DNA of 51,578 bases from IMG/VR virus record IMGVR_UViG_3300031519_000029, positions 1 to 51,578 of that record. One strand, 5' to 3'. A program made the position numbers and the translations under genes. Of the stretch, positions 20,687-29,285 are shown one piece after another; positions within the stretch are counted from its first letter, which is position 1, and each line of letters opens with the position of its first letter. The notes under the pieces are model-generated. The model ran no database searches. It saw nothing but the letters and a program-made list of their open reading frames with translations, and was not told the DNA's origin. Source of the DNA: a virus (taxonomy: Duplodnaviria; Caudoviricetes).

Positions 20687-21351
20687 TATGTCCTCAGATA
20701 CCTCAAGCTGGGTTGCAACCTCAACGGGGTCCGACCCTCGTCCTCGTTTGCAGCCCTTAAAAATTCTTCCTCGTAAACAGACTTTAAAATAGGGAGTCGA
20801 TCCGGCGCCCTTTTCATTGCCATGTAGTACGATAAACCTGCAACCATGCAAGGATAAAAACGAAAAGGCATATCCGTAGTATTTGTTAAAGCGTCAGCAT
20901 CTTGGATTCTTTGCACATAGTAAAAGATTAGCTGGTCAGTTGAGTTTTCTGGAACTGTCCACAAGTTTATCTGAGGCTGGATCTGCCTATCAAAGTAAAA
21001 TTGAGACGGGCGACCCTGAGTTGTTTTATTTGGTAGAGTTAAATAATCCCCACGACTAATACGTTGAACCTCGTAATCTGTTCCATCTCTTCTCAGAACT
21101 ACTTCTAGCATATCAACTACATCCGAGGTTAACGTGATGTTTGAAACGCCTTGAGTCAATATTTTAGTGTCTTGTTTGATTGTCCATAAATTTAACCCCC
21201 TGTTTGCCCAATCAGCAAACATAAGGTTTAGAGAACGTCTCGCCGTTTTGGCATCATACCCTGTACGAACCTCCAAACCACAACGCTCATAAGCCTCTTC
21301 AATGACTTCAGCTACGTCTAAATTAAAATCTCTGGACCCTGACGTTGTCAT
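20686..21351 (-). CDS. Head-tail connector/adaptor (P22 gp4 / tail tubular A-like)
   Basis: MTTSGSRDFNLD...EEAYERCG...ARRSLNL...WANRGLNLW; PNKTTQGRPSQ. Confidence 0.65.
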   Translation of the reverse strand: MTTSGSRDFNLDVAEVIEEAYERCGLEVRTGYDAKTARRSLNLMFADWANRGLNLWTIKQDTKILTQGVSNITLTSDVVDMLEVVLRRDGTDYEVQRISRGDYLTLPNKTTQGRPSQFYFDRQIQPQINLWTVPENSTDQLIFYYVQRIQDADALTNTTDMPFRFYPCMVAGLSYYMAMKRAPDRLPILKSVYEEEFLRAANEDEGRTPLRLQPSLRYLRT

Positions 21352-21593
21352 TAAAAACATCCTTTAAAGGTGCCTTTTCGAACAAGCCCCCCTTTGTCGT
21401 ACTTCACCATGCCACCGTTCATAAGACCTTGAGCCTTTTTAAATGATTTATCGGTAGGCGCACCAGGTGCTCCCTTTTCCCGCATCTTTTTACCGCTAGC
21501 TTTTCTTTTGCGGATGTTATCCCAAAGACCCTTTTTTCCCATCTCACTTCTCCCTTTGGATACTTGAAAAGTTTCTTGTCCCCGGCTGATCAT
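21351..21593 (-). CDS. Small basic protein
   Basis: GLWDNIRKRK...GAPT motif; start may be 21542. Confidence 0.6.
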   Translation of the reverse strand: MISRGQETFQVSKGRSEMGKKGLWDNIRKRKASGKKMREKGAPGAPTDKSFKKAQGLMNGGMVKYDKGGLVRKGTFKGCF

Positions 21594-21768
21594 AGACTAC
21601 CTTTCTTCGGGTTATCTCATCGATAGCTTGTACTACATGGTCTATTTTAACGTCCATAACTTCTGTGCGTTTGTCCACTACAATAAGAGTGGCAACCATC
21701 CACACAAGACCGGAGGAAGCTAGCGCAAGAATTGTTCCTACAATCATTAACTGAACGCTTTTGTCCAT
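21544..21768 (-). CDS. Small membrane-anchored protein
   Basis: N-terminal hydrophobic helix followed by a coiled segment. Confidence 0.6.
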   Translation of the reverse strand: MDKSVQLMIVGTILALASSGLVWMVATLIVVDKRTEVMDVKIDHVVQAIDEITRRKVVYDQPGTRNFSSIQREK

Positions 21769-21772
21769 TAGA

Positions 21773-22018
21773 TCACCATGCCTTGCACGACCAATACTTG
21801 GCCTTTAACTTGTCTAATTTACCTTTATCACACCCATGACGCGCCCTAAACGACTTTCGCCGTTTAGGATCTGATTTCTTAATCGTCATGTTCGCATCGC
21901 CAAACCGGATAATTTTTTCTTTACCCTTGTCACAAGCTTTGACCACAGATTTTTTACCGCCAGATATTTGGCGTTTAGGCTTGTTACAAGCCATCTTGGA
22001 CTTGTCGATCTTAGCCAT
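21773..22018 (-). CDS. Small basic conserved phage protein
   Basis: IRFGD...RRKSFRARHGCD...YWSCKAW. Confidence 0.7.
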   Translation of the reverse strand: MAKIDKSKMACNKPKRQISGGKKSVVKACDKGKEKIIRFGDANMTIKKSDPKRRKSFRARHGCDKGKLDKLKAKYWSCKAW

Positions 22019-22027
22019 CTGTTACCC

Positions 22028-22309
22028 CTACGAAAGAAGAAAGGTAAGTTCATTGTTGGCCCCTGTAAATGCGGACACGTAAACTCCCGAAGTAAACAAC
22101 ATTCCCGCCTCAGGGATGTAAACTTCGTTCATTCCCACAGGGAACTTCTGCGTCAACAGGGTTGCTCCCCCACTCCCGTTAGTGAGAGTGAAAGAACCTG
22201 CTGTTTCCGCGTATATATTCACCGCTTGAAGTCGGCATCTCGACGGACCCACTAGAGCCGCCGTGTCACCTTGCTCCCAGTTGTATGCTGCTATGTCTGA
22301 GCCAGCCAT
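22028..22309 (-). CDS. Small beta-rich virion protein
   Basis: 93 aa with aggagg SD; follows capsid genes. Confidence 0.65.
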   Translation of the reverse strand: MAGSDIAAYNWEQGDTAALVGPSRCRLQAVNIYAETAGSFTLTNGSGGATLLTQKFPVGMNEVYIPEAGMLFTSGVYVSAFTGANNELTFLLS

Positions 22310-22321
22310 AGGTAAGCCTCC

Positions 22322-22810
22322 TTATGGACGAATTACGGTGTTGTAAGCTTGTGCGTACATGATCTTGATTACTGCAACGCCAGCAGTAGTAGCCGCTGTG
22401 TTTTTTACCGTGAGCTTAAGATCTGCTGTACCACTGTTTGCCCACTCACCTGTGCCTCCGCCTTGGGTGGTGATGGTTTTAAGACCGTCAGTTGTACCCG
22501 TAGCTAAGGTGTTTAGGATTGTAGTGGCACCGCCAACGGTATCTCCAACACTAAGGTTTGTTGTAGTGTTCGCCGCAGTAGATAAATCAACCACTACCTG
22601 AATGATATGAGAGTTGGCGGGAATTACCATGTTGGTTTCCCACGCGCCCGTTTGAGCAACTGGATCAATTGCCCCATTCGAAAGATCTATTGTATGAGTT
22701 TGAAACATAACAACATAACCAATGTTAGCAATGTCCGTGCCGACAGTGGTTCCAGTTGTGTTCTTAATATTCCCAGCCCGGATTGGGCCTGAAAAAGTTG
22801 TATTAGCCAT
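22322..22810 (-). CDS. Putative capsid decoration/minor capsid protein
   Basis: Start MANTTFSGPIRAG with aggag SD; directly downstream of the major capsid gene. Confidence 0.6.
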   Translation of the reverse strand: MANTTFSGPIRAGNIKNTTGTTVGTDIANIGYVVMFQTHTIDLSNGAIDPVAQTGAWETNMVIPANSHIIQVVVDLSTAANTTTNLSVGDTVGGATTILNTLATGTTDGLKTITTQGGGTGEWANSGTADLKLTVKNTAATTAGVAVIKIMYAQAYNTVIRP

Positions 22811-22886
22811 GTGAGACTCCTGTCTTGGCAAACGTCAAACACACCATGTGTTTGTCAGGGATAATAACACTATACATAAGTGCTAG

Positions 22887-22920
22887 AAAAAAGAAAGGGG
22901 CCACCGAAGCAACCCCTTTC
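22887..22920 (-). terminator. Intrinsic terminator after major capsid gene
   Basis: Minus strand gaaaggggttgc-ttcg-gtggcccctttc-tttttt. Confidence 0.85.
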
Positions 22921-22947
22921 AAACTTACACCAACGAGTGCGTTTCTC

Positions 22948-23859
22948 TTAGACGCCAGGAGATCCGTAGATACAACGTGGGTCGCTAAAGCCGAAGCTGT
23001 AACGCTCACGCGCTTTGAATCGCATGTTGCCTGTGTCGAAGTCCGCTTCCATATTAGTGGACAGAGCAGTCCGCTCAAAGTGGATCATTCCACGAGGAGC
23101 ATCTGTCAGCACAAAGAAGTGGTCCGGATCCAACATGAAGTCGTTAACGGTATAACCGTTAGGCAACATTCCCATTGAACGGATCGCGTTGGTATCGTTG
23201 TCTGCTGTTCCTACACGTAGATTGGAAACCATCAAACGCTCTGCAACGAATTGCAGTTGACGAGGGATGACCATCTTGGTGCCACGAAGAGCAACCTTCA
23301 AACCACGTTCATCAACAAAACCCGCAATGTTAATCAAAGCATCCTCAAGGGATGTTTCGTTTAAGTCAGCAGCAACTGCTGGCGTGTTTGAAAATGTTCC
23401 GCCGTTTGTGAGCGGGTGGTTGTTAGCACAGAGAGCAACTCCATCACCACCGGCATTAGCACCACCGGTAAACGCGTTGTTAAGAACCGCTGCGGCCTTA
23501 ACTTGCTTGGTGTGTGCCATTGAACGAGCCAACGCACGAGTGTACCGCGAACCAAGACGATCATAGAGATTGTCTTCGATAGCTTCCTCTGTTATAGAGA
23601 ACGCCAATGCGATAGTTTCGTGATTGTAACGAGCAGTATATGCTTCGTTTGCGTCATCGAAGTTGACAGCAGAACCTTCCGATTTGGTGGGTGCTGCGCC
23701 AAATCCACTCAACATAACTTCCTCCTCAAACGCTCTGTCTGATGATTCAGTAGTGTAGATTTCCGCATGTTGGTTTTCGTACCTGTCGTACTCCATCCCA
23801 AACAATGCGTTGAGGCCTGGTTCTAGCTCTTTCGCTAGTTGTGCGCGTGAAATAGCCAT
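22948..23859 (-). CDS. Major capsid protein (HK97 fold, Mu gpT-like family)
   Basis: MAISRAQLAKELEPGLNALFG...ARERYSFGFSDPR; follows scaffold; strong terminator downstream. Confidence 0.9.
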   Translation of the reverse strand: MAISRAQLAKELEPGLNALFGMEYDRYENQHAEIYTTESSDRAFEEEVMLSGFGAAPTKSEGSAVNFDDANEAYTARYNHETIALAFSITEEAIEDNLYDRLGSRYTRALARSMAHTKQVKAAAVLNNAFTGGANAGGDGVALCANNHPLTNGGTFSNTPAVAADLNETSLEDALINIAGFVDERGLKVALRGTKMVIPRQLQFVAERLMVSNLRVGTADNDTNAIRSMGMLPNGYTVNDFMLDPDHFFVLTDAPRGMIHFERTALSTNMEADFDTGNMRFKARERYSFGFSDPRCIYGSPGV

Positions 23860-23872
23860 TTTTTAGACCCCC

Positions 23873-24508
23873 CTATACGCCAGTGGTCGAAGGAGTACCA
23901 GCAACAATCGCGCCATTGGCGGAGTTGAAACTGTTATTCAATCGAACAATTAATGAAACACCCGCGGCGGTAAAATCGCTGTTTTCAGGGTCGTTTTGAA
24001 TACCCATAATGCGAAGATGCTTTGCGGCTTCGGTGCCGATAGTACTTACACCGAGCTTGGCTGACGAAATACCCGTGGTAGTCGAACCTGCATCACCACC
24101 CGCAAAGTTTGCATTTGCAAACACATGTTCACGCGCCGTGGATTCACTCGTGAGAGTAGCATCCGATGCAATGGTAAAGGTAGTCATTGGGTTGTCGTAC
24201 ACGAAAGCTACAACCGGATGGTTGGAGTCTGCGCCGGAACCAGGCCAATAGTTGGAAAAGATTTTTTCACCAGTGACAGACGAGACATACTCGCATCCCC
24301 AGAAAACACCAAGAAGGCCTACAGTGCCTCCAGTTGCAGCCCCAACGGCTTCGATAACGCCAGTTGATTTGGGGATTACAGGTGAACCCTGATATATGGG
24401 AACAGCGTTCCCATATGCGATTCGGTACTCTGTCATTCCGGTGGTGTTCGCGGCCTGTCCGACCACGCCAATCGGACGTAGTCCGAATGCACCATTACTG
24501 TTTGCCAT
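23873..24508 (-). CDS. Putative head decoration/cement protein
   Basis: MAN...FGLRP...GVFWGCEY...VYDNP; immediately upstream of the major capsid gene. Confidence 0.65.
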   Translation of the reverse strand: MANSNGAFGLRPIGVVGQAANTTGMTEYRIAYGNAVPIYQGSPVIPKSTGVIEAVGAATGGTVGLLGVFWGCEYVSSVTGEKIFSNYWPGSGADSNHPVVAFVYDNPMTTFTIASDATLTSESTAREHVFANANFAGGDAGSTTTGISSAKLGVSTIGTEAAKHLRIMGIQNDPENSDFTAAGVSLIVRLNNSFNSANGAIVAGTPSTTGV

Positions 24509-24525
24509 GATAGCAATCCTCTTTG

Positions 24526-24990
24526 TTAGTCGGAGTCTCTACGAGATCCTCCGAATGATACTCGACTTTGCCGACTATTAGAAATCGGCATTGAAGGATG
24601 TTGCTCCTTCATTAAGTCCTGATCTACAGCAACCATGGCTTCGCGGGTGCGGCCCGTGTAGTACGCGTTTCTTTCTTGGGCTGTTTCTTCAGGTATACGA
24701 CACAGCATCAGACCGCCTTGTCCAATAACCCCTTGGTATTTACCACTGTCGATAACAGGTGCGTTATAGCCTGGATACTCGTCAAGTCTGACGGGTTCCC
24801 AACCTTCTTGCATTTTGGAGTGGACATTCATTTTGTCCTCTTCGCCACGCATTGCAACTCTAATCCAACGATGACAAAAACCCACTGGAGGTTCTGGTGC
24901 TTCAAGATGGCTTGGTGGTGCCCATGGTTTTCTGCGCGCTTCTTTATCGCGAGTTTCACTCTTTCGAGAAGTTCTGGTGTCTGTAGTCAT
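24526..24990 (-). CDS. Conserved head-module protein
   Basis: WAPPS.L.AP...HRWIR...EGWEPV...GGLMLCRIP. Confidence 0.65.
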   Translation of the reverse strand: MTTDTRTSRKSETRDKEARRKPWAPPSHLEAPEPPVGFCHRWIRVAMRGEEDKMNVHSKMQEGWEPVRLDEYPGYNAPVIDSGKYQGVIGQGGLMLCRIPEETAQERNAYYTGRTREAMVAVDQDLMKEQHPSMPISNSRQSRVSFGGSRRDSD

Positions 24991-24994
24991 TGTT

Positions 24995-25864
24995 TTAATC
25001 CTTCACATACTGAGCGTATTTTTCGAGTGGTACACCTAGTTTTTTCGCAATCGATACCTGTGACGGCGTTAACTTGACTGACCTGCGCCCTGTGTGGTGT
25101 GGTTGGCGGGATGCTGAAGCAGCAGCAGATGCGACCTGTGCTCCACCCGTTTTCTTCGCGCTCTGGAATTTATGAGGAAACTCCTTTCGAACACGTTTGT
25201 CTAACTCAGTGTAATAGTCTTCAGTCGCTGAGTCAAATCCTTCTGATTCCAACCTATGATGCAGAGCTAAAGCTCCGGCAGTCATGACATCGTCCGGTCC
25301 AAACCAAGAGTTTTTTTCTTTCCACTGGACCGCACGAGGATGAGGTTGTGCTTGGGGACGTTGCTGTGCTTGGGGAGCTTGTTGCTGTTGCTGTTGCTGC
25401 TGAACTTGCACCTTATTTTGCTGTTCGGCCCTAGCCTTTGCAGTGTTGTAACGGTTTTTTTCAACCGCCATAGCCGCCATGGCTTGCTGAGTCTCTAATA
25501 GTTTGTCAGAGTCTCCAGCATCATAAGCTTCCCGATGAACTCTCTTTATATGTTCCTCTTGCGCTTGTAATCGGTTTCCATACTCAGACAAATAACCTGT
25601 GTCCAAGGCTTGAACCTTAGACCTTAACTGCTTGTTCTCTTCAAGAAGTTGTTGCGACACTCTAAGTGCTTCAGCTTGATCGCGCTCAGCTTGACGGCGT
25701 TTCTCCGTAAGCTTGTTAATGCGTGTTTGTACGCCTTTACTATACGACTCTAGTTCGGAATCTCCAGAATCGTCATCCGAAACCGCTACCTGTTGCTTCT
25801 CTTCTTCTCCAACGAATGTTTCTTCCGAAACAATAACGTCTTCGTCCATGTTTTCCTCAGCCAT
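24995..25864 (-). CDS. Capsid scaffolding protein
   Basis: Acidic N-terminus, long coiled coil, C-terminal LTPSQVSIAKKLGVPLEKYA coat-binding-type helix. Confidence 0.75.
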   Translation of the reverse strand: MAEENMDEDVIVSEETFVGEEEKQQVAVSDDDSGDSELESYSKGVQTRINKLTEKRRQAERDQAEALRVSQQLLEENKQLRSKVQALDTGYLSEYGNRLQAQEEHIKRVHREAYDAGDSDKLLETQQAMAAMAVEKNRYNTAKARAEQQNKVQVQQQQQQQQAPQAQQRPQAQPHPRAVQWKEKNSWFGPDDVMTAGALALHHRLESEGFDSATEDYYTELDKRVRKEFPHKFQSAKKTGGAQVASAAASASRQPHHTGRRSVKLTPSQVSIAKKLGVPLEKYAQYVKD

Positions 25865-25872
25865 TTTCGCCC

Positions 25873-26376
25873 CTATATATGCTTAATGTCATCTGGTTCC
25901 AGTAAAGTAGCTATCACCTCGTCATCATTAATGATGCGAACCTCCCCGCCATCTATCTTAAATCTAGATCCAGAGTATCGGCCTATACAAACCCAGTCAC
26001 CTTCTTTGCACCAAGGCCAACCTTCTGCGGCATGAGTGCCACTACCGTCCCCAAATTTACTAGGGTCTTTATAGGCCAATGGACCTAACTTCATTACATA
26101 AGCAACAACCGTAGCTACAGCCTCACGCTCTCGGATCTCATCTGGGATGTGTAGTCCACTGGCAGTCTTAGCTTTGCCTTGGTAAGGCATAACCAACAAT
26201 CTCCACCCTGTGGGTTGAGGCAATCTGTCAACTAAAGGTTTGTCTAAAAGGGCCGGATCCAGCACCCGGTCATTAGCGTCAACATACGCGCTATCCAAAG
26301 ATTCAGGATCAATACTGTCTTTATCTTTGTTTATTTTCTGCGCGACATGGTCAGGAAGATATAAAGTCTTCGGCAT
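25873..26376 (-). CDS. groES: GroES/Cpn10-like co-chaperonin
   Basis: PTGWRLLV, KTASGLHIP, GDWV..GRYSG...DG.EVRIINDDEVIA. Confidence 0.85.
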   Translation of the reverse strand: MPKTLYLPDHVAQKINKDKDSIDPESLDSAYVDANDRVLDPALLDKPLVDRLPQPTGWRLLVMPYQGKAKTASGLHIPDEIREREAVATVVAYVMKLGPLAYKDPSKFGDGSGTHAAEGWPWCKEGDWVCIGRYSGSRFKIDGGEVRIINDDEVIATLLEPDDIKHI

Positions 26377-26563
26377 CGTCTACGTTTCTCTCCAGCAGGG
26401 ACTTGATTTCTTCACGCGCAAAAGAGAGTCCCCGTATCTCTCCTACCGACATTTTGTACTGCTCCCAGTTCTGTACTGAACCGTGAGAAAGAGCGGCGGT
26501 GATATCTGCTTGCCTCTCTTCAATTCGCTTATACAAGTATTTAGCGAGATCGACAACATCCAT
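26351..26563 (-). CDS. Small conserved hypothetical protein
   Basis: 70 aa, WEQYK..VGEIRGL; overlaps groES start. Confidence 0.7.
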   Translation of the reverse strand: MDVVDLAKYLYKRIEERQADITAALSHGSVQNWEQYKMSVGEIRGLSFAREEIKSLLERNVDDAEDFISS

Positions 26564-26925
26564 TATAGGTTATCCTTGTATTCCTCCTGTGGATTGGATG
26601 TAATAGGGTTGCCACCCATCCACTCATTGCATGTGTTTTCACTTGTACAAACAAACTTCAACAGTTGGCAATAGCCTGTAAGACCTGAATCGTCTTCTAT
26701 GCACTTTTGCATTTGTTCTGTTTGATTGTAAAATGAACAAGTTCCACAACACACATCCTCGTCCAAGCACTCTCCGTATTCGTGCTGGTACTCCGCCATG
26801 TCTTTGTTTTCCATGTTGGCATCTGCGTCTTGTGTAGGCAACGGACAAGAAAACCCTTCCTCCGTTGCCTCCATCTTATCCACAGGAATGCCCTCTGGAA
26901 GAATGCTTATCATTATTGTGGTCAT
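26563..26925 (-). CDS. Acidic Cys-rich protein, HiPIP-like metal-binding motif
   Basis: Likely start MTTIMIS; CCGTCSFY...GYCQLL...TCNEW. Confidence 0.55.
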   Translation of the reverse strand: MTTIMISILPEGIPVDKMEATEEGFSCPLPTQDADANMENKDMAEYQHEYGECLDEDVCCGTCSFYNQTEQMQKCIEDDSGLTGYCQLLKFVCTSENTCNEWMGGNPITSNPQEEYKDNL

Positions 26926-26926
26926 T

Positions 26927-27337
26927 TTAATACGTTTGACCTCTTTTGTTATTGAACCTAACATCCCCTGCACGGACTTTCCCGCCGTGCATATAACCTT
27001 GGACTTTCCCGCCTTTGTTAAGTTTTGTAATAGGTTCATCACTGCCTTTTCCTGGGCGGTCTGCCATAGAACCTGTCTTTAACTTTTTTTCATACGCCTT
27101 CTGACCATCTGTTCTTCTATGAACGTCCTCTACAGAGTCTATAAAAACGTTTGCTCCCATTCTCCCAGCTTCTTTTGTTGTCATTTCACCGCTGAGGACT
27201 TTTTCTAACAGGGCCTCGTTTATAGCACTTTCAGTTTTAGTTTCTTTCCCACCACGTTTAAGTCTTTCTTTTTTCTCTTTGTCGGATTGGTAAAACTGAG
27301 CGCCAGTTCTTGATGTCTTAGTTGTTTTTTCAGCCAT
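26927..27337 (-). CDS. Basic hypothetical protein
   Basis: 136 aa, with KGGKV/HGGKV motifs like other small late proteins here. Confidence 0.6.
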   Translation of the reverse strand: MAEKTTKTSRTGAQFYQSDKEKKERLKRGGKETKTESAINEALLEKVLSGEMTTKEAGRMGANVFIDSVEDVHRRTDGQKAYEKKLKTGSMADRPGKGSDEPITKLNKGGKVQGYMHGGKVRAGDVRFNNKRGQTY

Positions 27338-27349
27338 TTTACTGTTCCT

Positions 27350-27802
27350 TTATTGAACGATTTCGAAATGAGGTGCATCGATAAACGGACGGCGCCCTTG
27401 AGATCTACGCAAGTCTATGTATTGATTCATAGCACCTTCCGCAGTTAAATCACAGTCCCCAATATCATCGATATGCCAAGCCGCGCCCCATCTAATCGGC
27501 ACCCGTTCATGCAACGCACCTTGGGCCATGGCGTCAGCTATTTCATCATACAGATTTAGTTCCCATCTGCCGCCATTGTTATATGCCATTAGATCTACTG
27601 CCAGACCCTCAAGATGTTTACTTTTCATGGTTTGAGAAGCACCCGAAGAAACCAACTTCTTCTGCTCTGCATGGCTGCGGATCCCGCAAATAACAGAAAA
27701 ATCTTGTTTGGTAACCGAAATGGCGTGAAAGACAATTCGCTGCAGCCTATCATCGACAGTTCCTAGTTTCTGTAAACTTCTCTTACCCAGTACGTAACCC
27801 AT
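27350..27802 (-). CDS. Endolysin, M15 family L-Ala-D-Glu peptidase
   Basis: GIRS..EQ, SKHLEGLAVD, WG..W and DAPHFE zinc-peptidase motifs; start MGYVLG. Confidence 0.9.
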   Translation of the reverse strand: MGYVLGKRSLQKLGTVDDRLQRIVFHAISVTKQDFSVICGIRSHAEQKKLVSSGASQTMKSKHLEGLAVDLMAYNNGGRWELNLYDEIADAMAQGALHERVPIRWGAAWHIDDIGDCDLTAEGAMNQYIDLRRSQGRRPFIDAPHFEIVQ

Positions 27803-27862
27803 AGTCTGTCCCTTTCCAATTCCACACCGAGGTGAACTCATCGTCATTTGATTTGTCGTAAC

Positions 27863-28210
27863 TCACTTCTTAAAACCTTTAATAGTTCTGATACCAAAAC
27901 TTGCAGCAATACTACAGTACATCCCCCATTGCACCCATAACGGTGTAGTCTCAAGATTAGCAAAACCTTTCGCCATTACTTCCTGCATTGATGGGATAAA
28001 ATTTAGTAATAGAATTGCCACGAAAACCAGCGTCCATAGCTCGTCTTTCCAACTGTCCTTACTCGCCTCTATAGCTGACTGTTCCCAATCAGTTTCCGAT
28101 GTGGCCTTTTTCAACGCTATTTCAGCGTTTGCTTTTTGAATTGCTGTCTTACCGTCAATGTAGCTACTAGCTAAACCACTAATCGCTGTTACTATTCCGC
28201 CTATCATCAC
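27863..28210 (-). CDS. Putative holin
   Basis: SWKDE motif plus two hydrophobic helices and FGIR end; adjacent to endolysin. Confidence 0.7.
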   Translation of the reverse strand: MMIGGIVTAISGLASSYIDGKTAIQKANAEIALKKATSETDWEQSAIEASKDSWKDELWTLVFVAILLLNFIPSMQEVMAKGFANLETTPLWVQWGMYCSIAASFGIRTIKGFKK

Positions 28211-28321
28211 ATTGCTCCGATATAAGTTTAGCTTGGTTACGTATTTCAGTCTTCTGTCGCTCCAAGACTACGAATTGTTTGTCCATTTCGCTCAGCCAAG
28301 TAGGCGCGTCTATTACATTGT

Positions 28322-28522
28322 TTACTTTTCTGAACTCAACCATACCGAGAATGCTCCTGTCATGGCTCCCGTGACTACAGATACAACCGCAGCGTGTTGT
28401 GAACTTAGATCAGGAACGGTTATGGCGAACTCAATTACGCGAATATAAACAATTGTCATAACCAACATCATAAAACGCGGCATCAACCGATACTCTAGAA
28501 TTTTCTCAAACGCATTCTTCAT
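28322..28522 (-). CDS. Two-TM membrane protein (holin/antiholin-like)
   Basis: Two hydrophobic helices; lysis neighbourhood. Confidence 0.6.
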   Translation of the reverse strand: MKNAFEKILEYRLMPRFMMLVMTIVYIRVIEFAITVPDLSSQHAAVVSVVTGAMTGAFSVWLSSEK

Positions 28523-28523
28523 T

Positions 28524-28790
28524 TCAGAACCCTCCTTTAAGGCCGTCCAATATTTCACTTAAACTTGGTCTTTTGTCCTTCTTTTCATAAACACAGCTAT
28601 AAACTTTAGGACACTCAGAGTAACTCAACGTTGGGTAGTGATAACCCAACCCTCCAAATCCTGCGCTAAAACGATAAACACAAACTTTCTGACCATCTCG
28701 GTCAGTAAATCTTTTCCACAAATGACATTGAACATGAGTGGGGTTTGCCACCCCAGCTAGCGCAACCGAACAAATTAAAGCCTTAATCAT
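28524..28790 (-). CDS. Small protein with signal-like N-terminus and Cys residues
   Basis: 88 aa, coupled to the upstream gene. Confidence 0.6.
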   Translation of the reverse strand: MIKALICSVALAGVANPTHVQCHLWKRFTDRDGQKVCVYRFSAGFGGLGYHYPTLSYSECPKVYSCVYEKKDKRPSLSEILDGLKGGF

Positions 28791-29266
28791 TGTGTCACCA
28801 TTACAAGTAAATAAATTCCGCCACCAAGTACGGCAATAATACCAAAAGATAAGCCACCTATTGCAGCGTTGTTAGCAATCTGTCTCTTGGCTTCCATTGC
28901 AGCATACACAGTTTCTTCTCTTTCCTTGCGTATTTGCCTACGCATATTAAGCATATCGTCATAGCAAGACGGCCCGAACCTCATATTAAGCATAAACTTA
29001 ATTTCTTTTTCCCGCTCAAGTAAAGTCTTTTTGCGGATAACTATATCCATTGCCTCTTGCTCTATATTAACAGAGCCTTGAGATTGTTTCTCAAAAAATG
29101 TAGGATTCTTGCGCTGAGATTCCGCCCTGGAAATATCTGCCACCGCAGAGTACCACGACCCTAGCTGTTTACTAACATCCTCTAGCTCACGCCCCGCACC
29201 GACCACCAGCTTTACGGCCTTGAAAGCAGCATTAGCAGCCGCAAAAGCTGAGATAGGGTCGATCAT
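28787..29266 (-). CDS. Conserved helical protein with C-terminal TM
   Basis: MIDPISAFAAANAAF...; C-terminal hydrophobic helix. Confidence 0.65.
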   Translation of the reverse strand: MIDPISAFAAANAAFKAVKLVVGAGRELEDVSKQLGSWYSAVADISRAESQRKNPTFFEKQSQGSVNIEQEAMDIVIRKKTLLEREKEIKFMLNMRFGPSCYDDMLNMRRQIRKEREETVYAAMEAKRQIANNAAIGGLSFGIIAVLGGGIYLLVMVTQ

Positions 29267-29285
29267 TTTCCTGCCTAACTAGGGT

